A DNA stretch of 64,000 nucleotides from an uncultured Cryomorphaceae bacterium (lineage in GTDB: Bacteria; Bacteroidota; Bacteroidia; Flavobacteriales_D; SKUL01). A program made the translations under genes and the position numbers. Shown piece after piece: positions 19,850-28,438 of this stretch (positions within the stretch are counted from its first letter, which is position 1; every line of letters begins with the position of its first letter). The notes beneath the pieces are model-generated. The model ran no database searches, had not been told where the DNA came from, and saw only the letters and a list, made by a program, of their open reading frames with translations. The stretch covers positions 19,634-83,633 of the forward strand of contig CAZARI010000007.1 in assembly GCA_964487545.1 (NCBI GenBank), given 5' to 3'.

Positions 19850-20977
19850 TCAATAATGAAACAGGTTCTTGATTTTGACCGAAAGGTCCATGAAAAGTAT
19901 TTTGGCTGAGGCATTTCGTTCAATGTGATAAGCTGCGCTGTTAATCGCTTTCATGATTTTAAACTGCTGATCATAGCCCAGCACGTTGCTCAAATCCGCT
20001 GCCAGCTTTTGGGCTTCCTTATCCACCAGCATCAGTTCGTTGGTGCCGGTAGCTGCCAGCGAAACTTGTCGCACCATTTGTAGTGAATAGATCAAAAAGG
20101 CTTTCTGTCCTTCGCGTTTCAAGGCCGCAAATCGATCGAGCAACTCCACGCGCTTAAGTCCATCCGATTTCTGATAACATGCCCGAAACCAGTCGCGAAA
20201 CAATTCAAAAAAAGCCATATCGTCATCTCCTTCGCGCACCAGCTTTAATGCCAAATTCAGATTGCCGTCGCTGAGTAATGCCATCGAAGCAGCTTTATCG
20301 GGCGATACCTGATGCCTTGTTGTCAACGTTTGTTCAATATCTTCTCTTTTCAGCTTCGATACCCGAACCGTTTGCACGCGCGACAAAATGGTGGGCAGCA
20401 TCTGATTGGCACTATTTCCGACCAACAGCAGCAAGGTTTTCTTTGGCGGTTCTTCGAGCGTCTTTAATAATTTATTTGCTGCCGAAAGATTCATCAACTC
20501 CGGCATCCAAATGATGGCAATGCGATAGCCGCCCTCAAAGGCCTTGATGCTTATTTTTTGCTGAAGTTCTGCCGCGATCTTCGCTGAAATAATCCCCATC
20601 TTATTCTCATCGGCGATGGTCTGCATCCAGTCGCTGTAGGTTAATAGCGGGTTTTCGAGCAGGCAGGCTCTCCAGTCGGCCATAAAACGATCTACCGAAA
20701 TATTTTTACTTGGGTCCACCACTGGAAACACATAGTGCACATCGGGGTGCTGAATGCCCGCCATTTTGATACACGACGGACACGCACCACAGGCATCATT
20801 TTCGCCGCGCTGCTCGCACATCACATAGGTGGCAAAAGCCATTGCAAGCGACAGGTTTCCGCTGCCTTCGGGACCCAAAAAATGCAGCGCATGTCCTACG
20901 TGATTATTTTTTACTGCCTTTACCAGAAAATCCTGAACCGCCGACTGGCCGGTGATGTTATTGAATGAAGTGATCAT
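19850..20977 (-). CDS. holB: DNA polymerase III subunit delta'
   Basis: HALHFLGPEGSG, Zn motif CEQ...CGACPSC, HPDVH, AANKLLKTLEEPP, PTILSRVQ. Confidence 0.92.
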   Translation of the reverse strand: MITSFNNITGQSAVQDFLVKAVKNNHVGHALHFLGPEGSGNLSLAMAFATYVMCEQRGENDACGACPSCIKMAGIQHPDVHYVFPVVDPSKNISVDRFMADWRACLLENPLLTYSDWMQTIADENKMGIISAKIAAELQQKISIKAFEGGYRIAIIWMPELMNLSAANKLLKTLEEPPKKTLLLLVGNSANQMLPTILSRVQTVRVSKLKREDIEQTLTTRHQVSPDKAASMALLSDGNLNLALKLVREGDDDMAFFELFRDWFRACYQKSDGLKRVELLDRFAALKREGQKAFLIYSLQMVRQVSLAATGTNELMLVDKEAQKLAADLSNVLGYDQQFKIMKAINSAAYHIERNASAKILFMDLSVKIKNLFHY

Positions 20978-21017
20978 GGACGCCCCTATACACAAGGGAG
21001 ATTCGTGAAATATATTC

Positions 21018-21025
21018 TACTTTTG
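21018..21025 (+). promoter_or_regulatory. Promoter -7 box (TACTTTTG) for pgk
   Basis: TAnnTTTG match 14 nt upstream of the GTG start. Confidence 0.55.
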
Positions 21026-21039
21026 CCTTCAAATATACG

Positions 21040-22233
21040 GTGGATATGAGGATAAACGACTACGATTTTAAAGGAAAACGCGCACTGATCAGGGTAGACT
21101 TTAACGTTCCGCTAAACGATGCTTTTGAAGTGACCGACGACACCCGAATGCGGGCGGCCATTCCTTCGGCAAAGAAAATTCTTGAGGCCGGCGGATCGAT
21201 AGTTTTTATGTCGCACCTGGGGCGGCCCAAAGACGGGCCGGAAGATAAATTCTCCATGAAGCATCTTGTTGACACACTAGCTGAGCTGTTGAACAGGGAA
21301 GTGCAATTTGCCAACGATTGTATCGGTGATGACGCGTTTAAGAAATCCAAAGCGTTGAAACCCGGAGAAATTCTATTGCTCGAAAATCTTCGGTTTTACG
21401 AGGGAGAAACCTCCGGTGATAAAAGTTTTGCGCAGCAACTGGCCCAACACGGCGATATTTATGTGAACGATGCTTTTGGAACCGCTCACCGGGCACACGC
21501 CTCCACTGCGGTGATTGCCGAATGGATGGAGGAAAAATGTTTTGGTTTGCTGATGGAGAAGGAGCTCAAAAACTTGAAGCATTTTGTGGCCAATCCAAAG
21601 CCTCCGGTCACAGCGGTGATTGGTGGCGCCAAGGTATCCTCAAAAATTGGAGTGATGCTGACGCTGCTTCCCAAAGTTGATCAACTAATTATTGGCGGTG
21701 GAATGTCGTACACCTTTATCAAAGCATTGGGCGGCGAAATTGGCGATTCGTTGGTAGAAGACGACAAGCTGGAGCAGGCGGTGCAGGTGCTGGAAGAGGC
21801 CAAAGCGCAAAACGTAACTGTTCTGTTGCCCGATGATGCGGTGATTGCCGATGAATTTAAAAACGAGGCCAACCGCGACACAAGCCCATGCGACGATATT
21901 CCTCCGGGTTGGATGGGGCTCGACATTGGCGAAAAAACCGTTAAAAAATACCGGGCGGCTATTCTGGGCAGTGCGAGTATATTGTGGAACGGGCCGATGG
22001 GGGTTTTTGAAATGGACCATTTTTCGAACGGAACCAAAAAGATTGCTGAAACCATTGCCGACGCTACGGATAAAGGTGCTTTTTCGCTCATTGGCGGTGG
22101 CGATTCTGTTGCGGCCATTAACCGGTTTAAACTGTCGGACCGGGTAAGTTATGTAAGCACCGGCGGAGGTGCAATGCTCGAATTTCTGGAGGGAAAAGTG
22201 CTGCCGGGTGTGGCGGCGATTGAGGGGCAGTAA
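21040..22233 (+). CDS. pgk: Phosphoglycerate kinase
   Basis: RVDFNVPL, SHLGRP, NDAFGTAHRAHAS, GGAKVSSKI, WNGPMGVFE, STGGGAMLEFLEG. Start is GTG 21040 or ATG 21046. Confidence 0.97.
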   Translation: MDMRINDYDFKGKRALIRVDFNVPLNDAFEVTDDTRMRAAIPSAKKILEAGGSIVFMSHLGRPKDGPEDKFSMKHLVDTLAELLNREVQFANDCIGDDAFKKSKALKPGEILLLENLRFYEGETSGDKSFAQQLAQHGDIYVNDAFGTAHRAHASTAVIAEWMEEKCFGLLMEKELKNLKHFVANPKPPVTAVIGGAKVSSKIGVMLTLLPKVDQLIIGGGMSYTFIKALGGEIGDSLVEDDKLEQAVQVLEEAKAQNVTVLLPDDAVIADEFKNEANRDTSPCDDIPPGWMGLDIGEKTVKKYRAAILGSASILWNGPMGVFEMDHFSNGTKKIAETIADATDKGAFSLIGGGDSVAAINRFKLSDRVSYVSTGGGAMLEFLEGKVLPGVAAIEGQ

Positions 22234-22235
22234 AA

Positions 22236-22262
22236 AACCCTCAAAGTGAATTTTTGGGGGTT
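22236..22262. terminator. Probable bidirectional rho-independent terminator
   Basis: 10-bp stem AACCCTCAAA/TTTGGGGGTT with one G-U pair, between convergent pgk and the fibre gene, with A/T-rich flanks. Confidence 0.65.
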
Positions 22263-22284
22263 AAAATGGTTGGGACGAATCCAA

Positions 22285-24657
22285 TCAATCTGCCAGTTTA
22301 ATGGCTTTTTTCACGAGTAGCTCTCCGTTTACGTATAGGGCGTAATGATACAACCCCGCTGGTAGGCCGGATGCATTCCACTCATAACGGTAGGTACCCA
22401 CTGCTTGTTCGGCTTCTACGATGGTTGTTATGGGTTTTCCCGTTTTATCAAATACTTTCAATACCACTTTGCCTTGTTGCTCAAGGGTATAACTAATGGT
22501 GGTTTGGCTCCTAAAGGGGTTTGGCGTGTTTTGATGTAACTCATTCACTGCCTTTTCTATTACACCTGGAGTTTCTTCATTAGGATGGAAGCTTGGTGCC
22601 GTTCTGTCGGTATTACAACAATGGTTGATTTGTTGTTGAAGTTCATTCAATTGCTCCATGATCTGCGCCATTGCTTCGTTTTGTGATTCAATGATGGATT
22701 GTTGCTCTTTGACTGCTGAAATGAGATAGGGAATTAACCCTGTGTAATTGACCGACTGAAATTCAATTGCGGCAGAAATTTCATTTCCCAAAGTGTCGAA
22801 CATTGCCGGTGCGGTGGTCTGTTTTACCAATTGAGGCAATACCTCTGCCAGTTCTTGAGCAATAACACCCTGTTGTTCTCCCTCGGGCAAGTTCAATTGA
22901 CTATATTCTTCTGTTAAAAAAGAATAGCTTTTGGGTTCAATCTGCTGTATTACTTCTAATGCCCCTTCTATGGGTTCAATGTTTTGTTTTAGTGTCTCGT
23001 CAGAACTCGTCCAAACTCCTGCTGTGCAATGAGTAGCTCCAACAAAGAAACCTGCCCAGTTTTCTACCGAAGCGCCACCCGCTGAACCATGAACACCGTA
23101 TGCGTGGGTTCCACCTCCGGCTCTGCCAAGCACAGCGAAAACTTGTTGGTTCGGACTGATATTGCTATTTCCTGCCAAAGCAAAAAATGCCCCCCCTATA
23201 GAATGTTCAACAAAAGAGTTAGGTTGAGAAATTGCCCACCCTTGCACGCCAAAATTTTGGAGTGTTGTGCCTGATTCTGCAGCATAGGCTCTAAAATCTC
23301 CGGCATAATTTATTCGAGCATTATAAACCTCTCCTCTTACTCCGCGGGCCTCGGGAAAATTAGGGTATCGTTTAACTGCTGAATATGTGCCCGTGACTAC
23401 ACCAAAAACATTATCACTTGGCGATTCCGTCCATATAACCCGCGCTCCAAATTCTTTTGGATTTCCTTGATTATCTCCATGAAATACATCAAGTTTGGCC
23501 TGAGGGGTTGCTACGCCAATTCCAACATGTCCACCTGGGTAGCAATCATTTCCAACGCCAGTAACAACATCATCAATACCCGGCACATTCTCGATTACTT
23601 CCCAATCGCAATCTGAAGTTCCATTTTCAATTTCAGACCATTCTCCTTGTCCATTTAAAAACATTGTTTCGCTATTAGGAAAGTCCAACCTACCCAGAAA
23701 ATTATCTGCTTCTCCCGAATTAACCTCATCAACTTGGTATCCGATGACTAATGTTTTAGGTGGTTCGTCGGGCAGGTTTCGAATTCGGGTGTAACCTTTG
23801 CCCACATCCAATGCAGTACCCACCATGGGGTCGGTTGCGTTGGAGGGATCATCAAAAAAACCGACGGCAAGCGCACGTAGAGATCCATTTGTCCGAGGCA
23901 CTATGTGCAGGTTGCCATGATTTGACACTTGGAAATCGGCATTGGTTCCGGTATTAACGTTTGTACTGCGTATTCGTGTAATTCGAAACTGCGGGTCATT
24001 TCTTTGCTTGATAACATCTAAGGTGCGGTGAGGTTGAAAGGTGTTATTCCAGTAACTGCCAAAACCTACGTGGCCATTACCGATCATACGTCCTAATTCT
24101 ACGCCGTCGTAGTCAGAAGCGTCAAAAACATCAGAGCTAATGGTGGTGGTGCCGTTGGCAACTCCTGCCGAGAATATAAACCGTAATACATCGGGGCCGC
24201 TCTCCGGTGATTTATTATCGCCCCATGCTATTACGGCATCGGTCAGGCTTTCATTATTGGCCTTCGGGCCAACGTACATAAAATCCCGATTATGGGTAAA
24301 AGTAATTCCAGCCTTCATCCAATCTCGGTACCCCCAGGGCTGTGGCCCCCAAGTGTTGCCTTCGCCGTAAAGGTGAAGCAATGAAAAGGGCTTGTGGTTA
24401 AACGCGGTAGGATCACTACTCAACAGCAAAAAACCGTCGTGATTGTAAGTATAGCCGTCTACGGTATTGATGCCGTTTTGCATCAGTTGCATATACGTGG
24501 TGTTGTTGGTGCGGAACTCGAGGTTCTGGCCGGCAGCATTGTAGCCTATAAATTTGCCTGTTCCCGGATTATTATTACCGCTTGTTGACTGTCCTGCCAA
24601 ATGTTGGGTAAAAGCTAATAATAATATGGCCAAACCAATGTGGGTGAAGTTTTTCAT
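22285..24657 (-). CDS. T9SS-secreted tail-fibre-like protein with peptidase S74 intramolecular chaperone
   Basis: Sec signal peptide, Gly-rich beta repeats (GVRGEV, GVQGWA, GVHGSA), S74 start WTSSDETLKQNI, GVIAQE, VNYTGLIPYLISAVKEQQ, a coiled coil, then T9SS CTD QNTPNPF...LPAGLYHYAL...KKAIK. Confidence 0.85.
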   Translation of the reverse strand: MKNFTHIGLAILLLAFTQHLAGQSTSGNNNPGTGKFIGYNAAGQNLEFRTNNTTYMQLMQNGINTVDGYTYNHDGFLLLSSDPTAFNHKPFSLLHLYGEGNTWGPQPWGYRDWMKAGITFTHNRDFMYVGPKANNESLTDAVIAWGDNKSPESGPDVLRFIFSAGVANGTTTISSDVFDASDYDGVELGRMIGNGHVGFGSYWNNTFQPHRTLDVIKQRNDPQFRITRIRSTNVNTGTNADFQVSNHGNLHIVPRTNGSLRALAVGFFDDPSNATDPMVGTALDVGKGYTRIRNLPDEPPKTLVIGYQVDEVNSGEADNFLGRLDFPNSETMFLNGQGEWSEIENGTSDCDWEVIENVPGIDDVVTGVGNDCYPGGHVGIGVATPQAKLDVFHGDNQGNPKEFGARVIWTESPSDNVFGVVTGTYSAVKRYPNFPEARGVRGEVYNARINYAGDFRAYAAESGTTLQNFGVQGWAISQPNSFVEHSIGGAFFALAGNSNISPNQQVFAVLGRAGGGTHAYGVHGSAGGASVENWAGFFVGATHCTAGVWTSSDETLKQNIEPIEGALEVIQQIEPKSYSFLTEEYSQLNLPEGEQQGVIAQELAEVLPQLVKQTTAPAMFDTLGNEISAAIEFQSVNYTGLIPYLISAVKEQQSIIESQNEAMAQIMEQLNELQQQINHCCNTDRTAPSFHPNEETPGVIEKAVNELHQNTPNPFRSQTTISYTLEQQGKVVLKVFDKTGKPITTIVEAEQAVGTYRYEWNASGLPAGLYHYALYVNGELLVKKAIKLAD

Positions 24658-25652
24658 TGCCTGTAGATTTTATGATTAGTGATTGTTGAATTTGCTTTAA
24701 TTCGAAGCACGTAAACCCCGCTTGCAAGGTAGCCTGTATCGATGCGTAATGAAGGCGAATCAACATTGGTCACCTCTGTCACAAGGCGGCCTGTCATATC
24801 ATAGATCGCAGCCGATTCTATCGGAATGCTTTTATTTTTAAGGTCTATATTCACGTAATCTTTAGCAGGATTGGGATATACGGCATACCCCTTTTCCATA
24901 CCTGACGGTGAAGCACTCAGCAGGTAATCGCAGCCTGAGGGAGTTGGAGATATACATACATTTTCGATGTAGTAATATCCCCAACAGGACACTTCGGATT
25001 CATTTAAAATGAGAATGTCTGTGTTGTCATCATCAAAGAAGTTTCCGATGGCGAGCCAGTTGTATTCCTGGTCGGCTGTTACCCAACCCTCAATTTTTGT
25101 CCAATAGGTGGTGTCGGACAGAATTTCCGAATAGTCGATATGCGCGAAATTATCCGGCATCAGCCAGTCGCTTGAAGGTTGATAATGGTATTCAGGGTCT
25201 TTAAAAAAACGCAAGCCTATGTGATTTGTGGCGCACCAAGCCCATGCCTCCATTCCACCATCGTATAACGATGCATGAAAAAAGACATAATAGCTCTGGC
25301 CGATGGTAAGCGGCTCTGATAATTCAATGGCTATATACTCACGAGCCTGAGGTGTAAAATCCTCATACGTAGCTAATCCAGCATAGGCTGCTCCCGATAT
25401 TGGAAATTGATATCCAAATGCATTTGAAGGAACTCCTGCAAATCCTTCTATATCATCGCTGCAAGGATGAAAATAATCAGGTGACCACCCCCAGGAATGC
25501 CAGCCCACAACATTAACCCCGTCTCCATAAATGCCTGCGGTGCTGAAAGGGCATTCTGTGTACTCTTCAAAGCTTGGATTGGGCACAAGGTTTTGCGAAA
25601 ATCCCTGAAACATCGAAATAAACATTATAGCAATAAGGGCAAACGCTTTCAT
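24654..25652 (-). CDS. T9SS type A sorting domain protein (NLVPNPSFE family), function unknown
   Basis: Start MKAFALIAI at 25652 with signal peptide, QNLVPNPSFEEYTECP, YYYIENVC, CTD VYPNPA...LASGVYVL...KIYRQ. Its TGA overlaps the next ATG (ATGA). Confidence 0.85.
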   Translation of the reverse strand: MKAFALIAIMFISMFQGFSQNLVPNPSFEEYTECPFSTAGIYGDGVNVVGWHSWGWSPDYFHPCSDDIEGFAGVPSNAFGYQFPISGAAYAGLATYEDFTPQAREYIAIELSEPLTIGQSYYVFFHASLYDGGMEAWAWCATNHIGLRFFKDPEYHYQPSSDWLMPDNFAHIDYSEILSDTTYWTKIEGWVTADQEYNWLAIGNFFDDDNTDILILNESEVSCWGYYYIENVCISPTPSGCDYLLSASPSGMEKGYAVYPNPAKDYVNIDLKNKSIPIESAAIYDMTGRLVTEVTNVDSPSLRIDTGYLASGVYVLRIKANSTITNHKIYRQ

Positions 25653-25862
25653 AATTGATTGAAAGTTAGGATAAAAAATAATATGCCCCAAATATGGGAC
25701 TAATGTTTTTTCCCACAGCATCACTTTAGCTCTGTGAATCTGCATGCTGAACAAAGGCTCATCAAAACAATAGGAAAGCGCATTAGAGAAGAGCGTAAAC
25801 GGCAGGGAATTTCTCAAAACCAGCTTGCCTTTGAGGCAAAAATGCCCAGAGTGCAGATTGGA

Positions 25863-25870
25863 CGTATAGA
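25863..25870 (+). repeat. 8-bp target site duplication CGTATAGA (second copy 28187-28194)
   Basis: Identical octamers directly flank both IS ends; 8 bp is the typical IS66 TSD length. Confidence 0.93.
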
Positions 25871-25887
25871 GTAAGCCCCCGACTAAC
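25871..25887 (+). repeat. IS66 terminal inverted repeat GTAAGCCCCCGACTAAC
   Basis: Pairs with 28170-28186 (reverse complement GTATCCCCCCGACTAAC). The tnpC stop codon lies inside this TIR. Confidence 0.92.
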
Positions 25888-27451
25888 TACGCCCTGATTT
25901 TTCCCCTTGATATGCGTATGTGTCTTTTGATGGGAGCTGAAGGTTTTGCGGGAAGAGCTCATAGAGTTTGTTGACTTTGTGGTCTGCGATACGACCGAGT
26001 ACTTCTGTGAGCCAGGCCATAGGCTCTACGCCGTTTAGTTTGCATGTGCCTGTAAAGGTGTAGAACATGGCAGATCGACTGGCACCTTGATGCGAACTGG
26101 CAAAGAGGTAGTTCTTTCTTCCGAGTGCGTTTAGCCTGATGGTGTTTTCTACCAGGTTGTTGTCGATGAGCAGTTCGCCGTTATAGAGGTAATTTTGAAG
26201 GCTGTCCCAAAGATTTATTGCATAAGTAAACGCTTTGCCAATAGAGCTTTTGGGTAGTACGTGTTTGTTTTCAGCGGATATCCACTTGCCAAGCTCATTG
26301 AGGATAGGTAGAGATTTTTCAAGCCGAAGCTCCTTTCGCTGTTCTGGGCTAAGCAGCTTGACTTCACGCTCGACAGCATAGATCTGCTGTATGCGCACAA
26401 GAGCATATTGGGCACGGGCCTTGTCTTGGTCTAAGGCCTGCTCAAAATACCTGCGCGCATGCGCCCAGCATCCAAGGTGCACGATTTCTTCCTTTTGGGA
26501 ATATTCATTGTATACTCTGTATCCATCGGTTTGCAAGTAGCCCTGGTAATGTTGAAGTATCTTTTGGGGAGCGGGTTTACCGCGCCCCCGGTGATAGTCG
26601 AACACTACCATGCGTTTGGGGGGCGAGTGGTACACCCAGTAGTAACCCATGTGGCTCTTGCCTTTTTTGGTTTTGTCAAGCACCCTGGTAGGTGTCTCGT
26701 CTACCTGAAGGTAACCGTCAAGTTTTACCACATCAACCATGGCATCGTAGAGTGGTTCGAGTAATGTGCCCAGCTGCGCTACCCATCCATCTATGGTAGA
26801 TGGGGCAATGTGTATTGCTGCCCGCTTGAAGATTTGTTGCTGGCGGTACAGCGGCAGGTGGTCTACGTATTTGTTGATGAGTATGGAGCTGAGCAAGGTG
26901 TTTCCCGCAAGGCATTTTTCGATAGGCCGTGATGGCATATCGCCGATGAGCACCCCCTGACCACCGGGCAGGGCGTATTTGTTGCGTACCAGTACCAGCT
27001 TAAAAAACCGGGCAGGGGCCAACTCAAGTATTTCGGTGCGTTCTTCGCCTATTTTTACCATGCCTTCTACAGGAGTTGTTGGGTCTATCACCACTTCATG
27101 TACAGGCATATCTGCGGGCAGAGGATTGCGTCCTTTGTGATTTTCGTTCTTTTTGCGGGTATAGGTAATGGTTTCTTTAACGGGCTTATCGCCGTTGGTG
27201 CTTTGGCTTTTGTTAGTTAGTTCTTCAAAGGGCAAGTTGAGCTGATTGGCGATAACGATGTTTTCGGCCATGAAGCGCTCGCTTTTTGTACCAAAGTGCA
27301 TGCGGCGAAGGCGGTTTATCAGATTCTCCATATAGGTAATCATCGCTTCTGAACGCTCGTCTTTTGCTTGTGCCTTTTCAATGGCAGCATTTTGTTGTTT
27401 TACCAACGCTAAGAGTTGCTCTTTTGATAGGTTTTCAAGCTGCACTTCCAT
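25883..27451 (-). CDS. tnpC: IS66 DDE transposase TnpC
   Basis: Coiled-coil N-terminus, HFGTKSE, KYVDHLPLYRQ, QVDETP, LQTDGY, GCWAHARR, IDNNLVENTIR, GRKNYLF. Confidence 0.95.
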   Translation of the reverse strand: MEVQLENLSKEQLLALVKQQNAAIEKAQAKDERSEAMITYMENLINRLRRMHFGTKSERFMAENIVIANQLNLPFEELTNKSQSTNGDKPVKETITYTRKKNENHKGRNPLPADMPVHEVVIDPTTPVEGMVKIGEERTEILELAPARFFKLVLVRNKYALPGGQGVLIGDMPSRPIEKCLAGNTLLSSILINKYVDHLPLYRQQQIFKRAAIHIAPSTIDGWVAQLGTLLEPLYDAMVDVVKLDGYLQVDETPTRVLDKTKKGKSHMGYYWVYHSPPKRMVVFDYHRGRGKPAPQKILQHYQGYLQTDGYRVYNEYSQKEEIVHLGCWAHARRYFEQALDQDKARAQYALVRIQQIYAVEREVKLLSPEQRKELRLEKSLPILNELGKWISAENKHVLPKSSIGKAFTYAINLWDSLQNYLYNGELLIDNNLVENTIRLNALGRKNYLFASSHQGASRSAMFYTFTGTCKLNGVEPMAWLTEVLGRIADHKVNKLYELFPQNLQLPSKDTYAYQGEKSGRS

Positions 27452-27512
27452 GCTGTGAAGATACGCCAAAAGTTAGGTGTGCAAGATGTTTTAAGCATCA
27501 GTAATCAACACT

Positions 27513-27869
27513 TTATCTGGATAAAAAGCGCTTTCTTTTCTTGGTTTTTTCAAAATCAATACCTCGTAAAATCATGAATAATTCTTCTTTGGTGAGTTCA
27601 CTATTTGGAGCGTTAAGTCGGGCTGTTGGTCGTTTGAAAGTTCCGAGCTCCAAGCGTTTGTGAAAAAGCGCCAGTCCGTCAATATTCCAATGAAGCACTT
27701 TAATGCGAGTGCGCTGCCTGTTCATAAAAACAAACAGATAACCCAGGCGTGGATCCAGCTCCATGTGTTCCAAAACCAATCCGTAAAGTCCATCAAATCC
27801 CTTGCGCATGTCGGTGGGTTGAGCGTATAAAAACACTTTGGTGGCTTCCTCCAGACCAAACAAACTCAT
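27513..27869 (-). CDS. tnpB: IS66 accessory protein TnpB
   Basis: PTDMRKGFDGL, LFVFMNR, KVLHW..DG..LF.KRLE.GTF. Confidence 0.95.
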   Translation of the reverse strand: MSLFGLEEATKVFLYAQPTDMRKGFDGLYGLVLEHMELDPRLGYLFVFMNRQRTRIKVLHWNIDGLALFHKRLELGTFKRPTARLNAPNSELTKEELFMILRGIDFEKTKKRKRFLSR

Positions 27870-28114
27870 GCAAACACCAAAATTTTAACGCCCGATGGGG
27901 CTTCAATCTCCAATACTTTACCTAGCTTCACTTCGGAAAACCCAACCTCCTTAAAGCCTGTTTCGCCTGCTACAGATTGAGCGGCTTTCCATTTTGCAAT
28001 CCAGTAATTGAATTTTGCTTCGCTGTATTGCTTGCCATTTAAAAAATCAGATTTCCTAACCCCAGAGGCCAACCAGTCCTGAACCTCAGAGAACATTTCT
28101 TCTTGTAAACTCAT
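27866..28114 (-). CDS. tnpA: IS66 accessory protein TnpA
   Basis: 82-aa ORF at the first position in the IS, W..SG...DF...FNYW pattern, ATGA overlap with tnpB. Confidence 0.8.
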   Translation of the reverse strand: MSLQEEMFSEVQDWLASGVRKSDFLNGKQYSEAKFNYWIAKWKAAQSVAGETGFKEVGFSEVKLGKVLEIEAPSGVKILVFA

Positions 28115-28169
28115 ATCACGCAGTTTTGTGCGCGAAATTCATGAGGTTTTTAGGAACTGACAAGATGGG

Positions 28170-28186
28170 GTTAGTCGGGGGGATAC
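28170..28186 (-). repeat. IS66 terminal inverted repeat (tnpA side)
   Basis: GTTAGTCGGGGGGATAC, a 15/17 inverted match to 25871-25887. Confidence 0.92.
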
Positions 28187-28321
28187 CGTATAGAACGTGG
28201 AGAGATCAATACTACCATAGGTGCTCTTATTGTAATATGTCGTGTGCTTGATATTCATCCGAAAGAGCTTTTAGATCTTACAATTTGAAGATTCCTGATT
28301 TTAAAATTCCTGTTTTAAGTC

Positions 28322-28438
28322 TTAATTTTTTTTCATCCAGTCGCGGTAACCATTCTGCTGGGGGTTGCTTCCACCGTTATCTCCGTTCAGGTGCAGCAGC
28401 GAAAAAGGCGATTGTACCACCTGATTGATGCCAATAGG
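28322..28438 (-). pseudogene. Second, shorter paralog relic in a different frame (relic 2)
   Basis: Manual translation gives PIGINQVVQSPFSLLHLNGDNGGSNPQQNGYRDWMKKN*, repeating the PFSLLHL...GYRDWMK motif. It overlaps the tail of relic 1 out of frame. Confidence 0.72.

Larger units (their letters stand above)
25871..28186 (-). mobile_element. IS66-family insertion sequence, 2316 bp, apparently intact
   Basis: tnpA-tnpB-tnpC order, 17-bp TIRs matching at 15/17 positions with GTA ends, and an 8-bp TSD. Confidence 0.95.
25734..28288 (+). pseudogene. XRE-family HTH transcriptional regulator (76 aa) split by IS66
   Basis: Removing the IS and one TSD copy restores one frame: (GTG)NLHAEQRLIKTIGKRIREERKRQGISQNQLAFEAKMPRVQIGRIE|RGEINTTIGALIVICRVLDIHPKELLDLTI*. 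Halves are 25734-25870 and 28187-28288. Not in the ORF track. Confidence 0.9.

Noticed and set aside
28291-28318. Short direct repeat ATTCCTG(A)TTTTAA twice after the XRE stop
   Set aside because: Only two low-complexity AT-rich copies without spacers, so it is neither a CRISPR array nor a supported att site.
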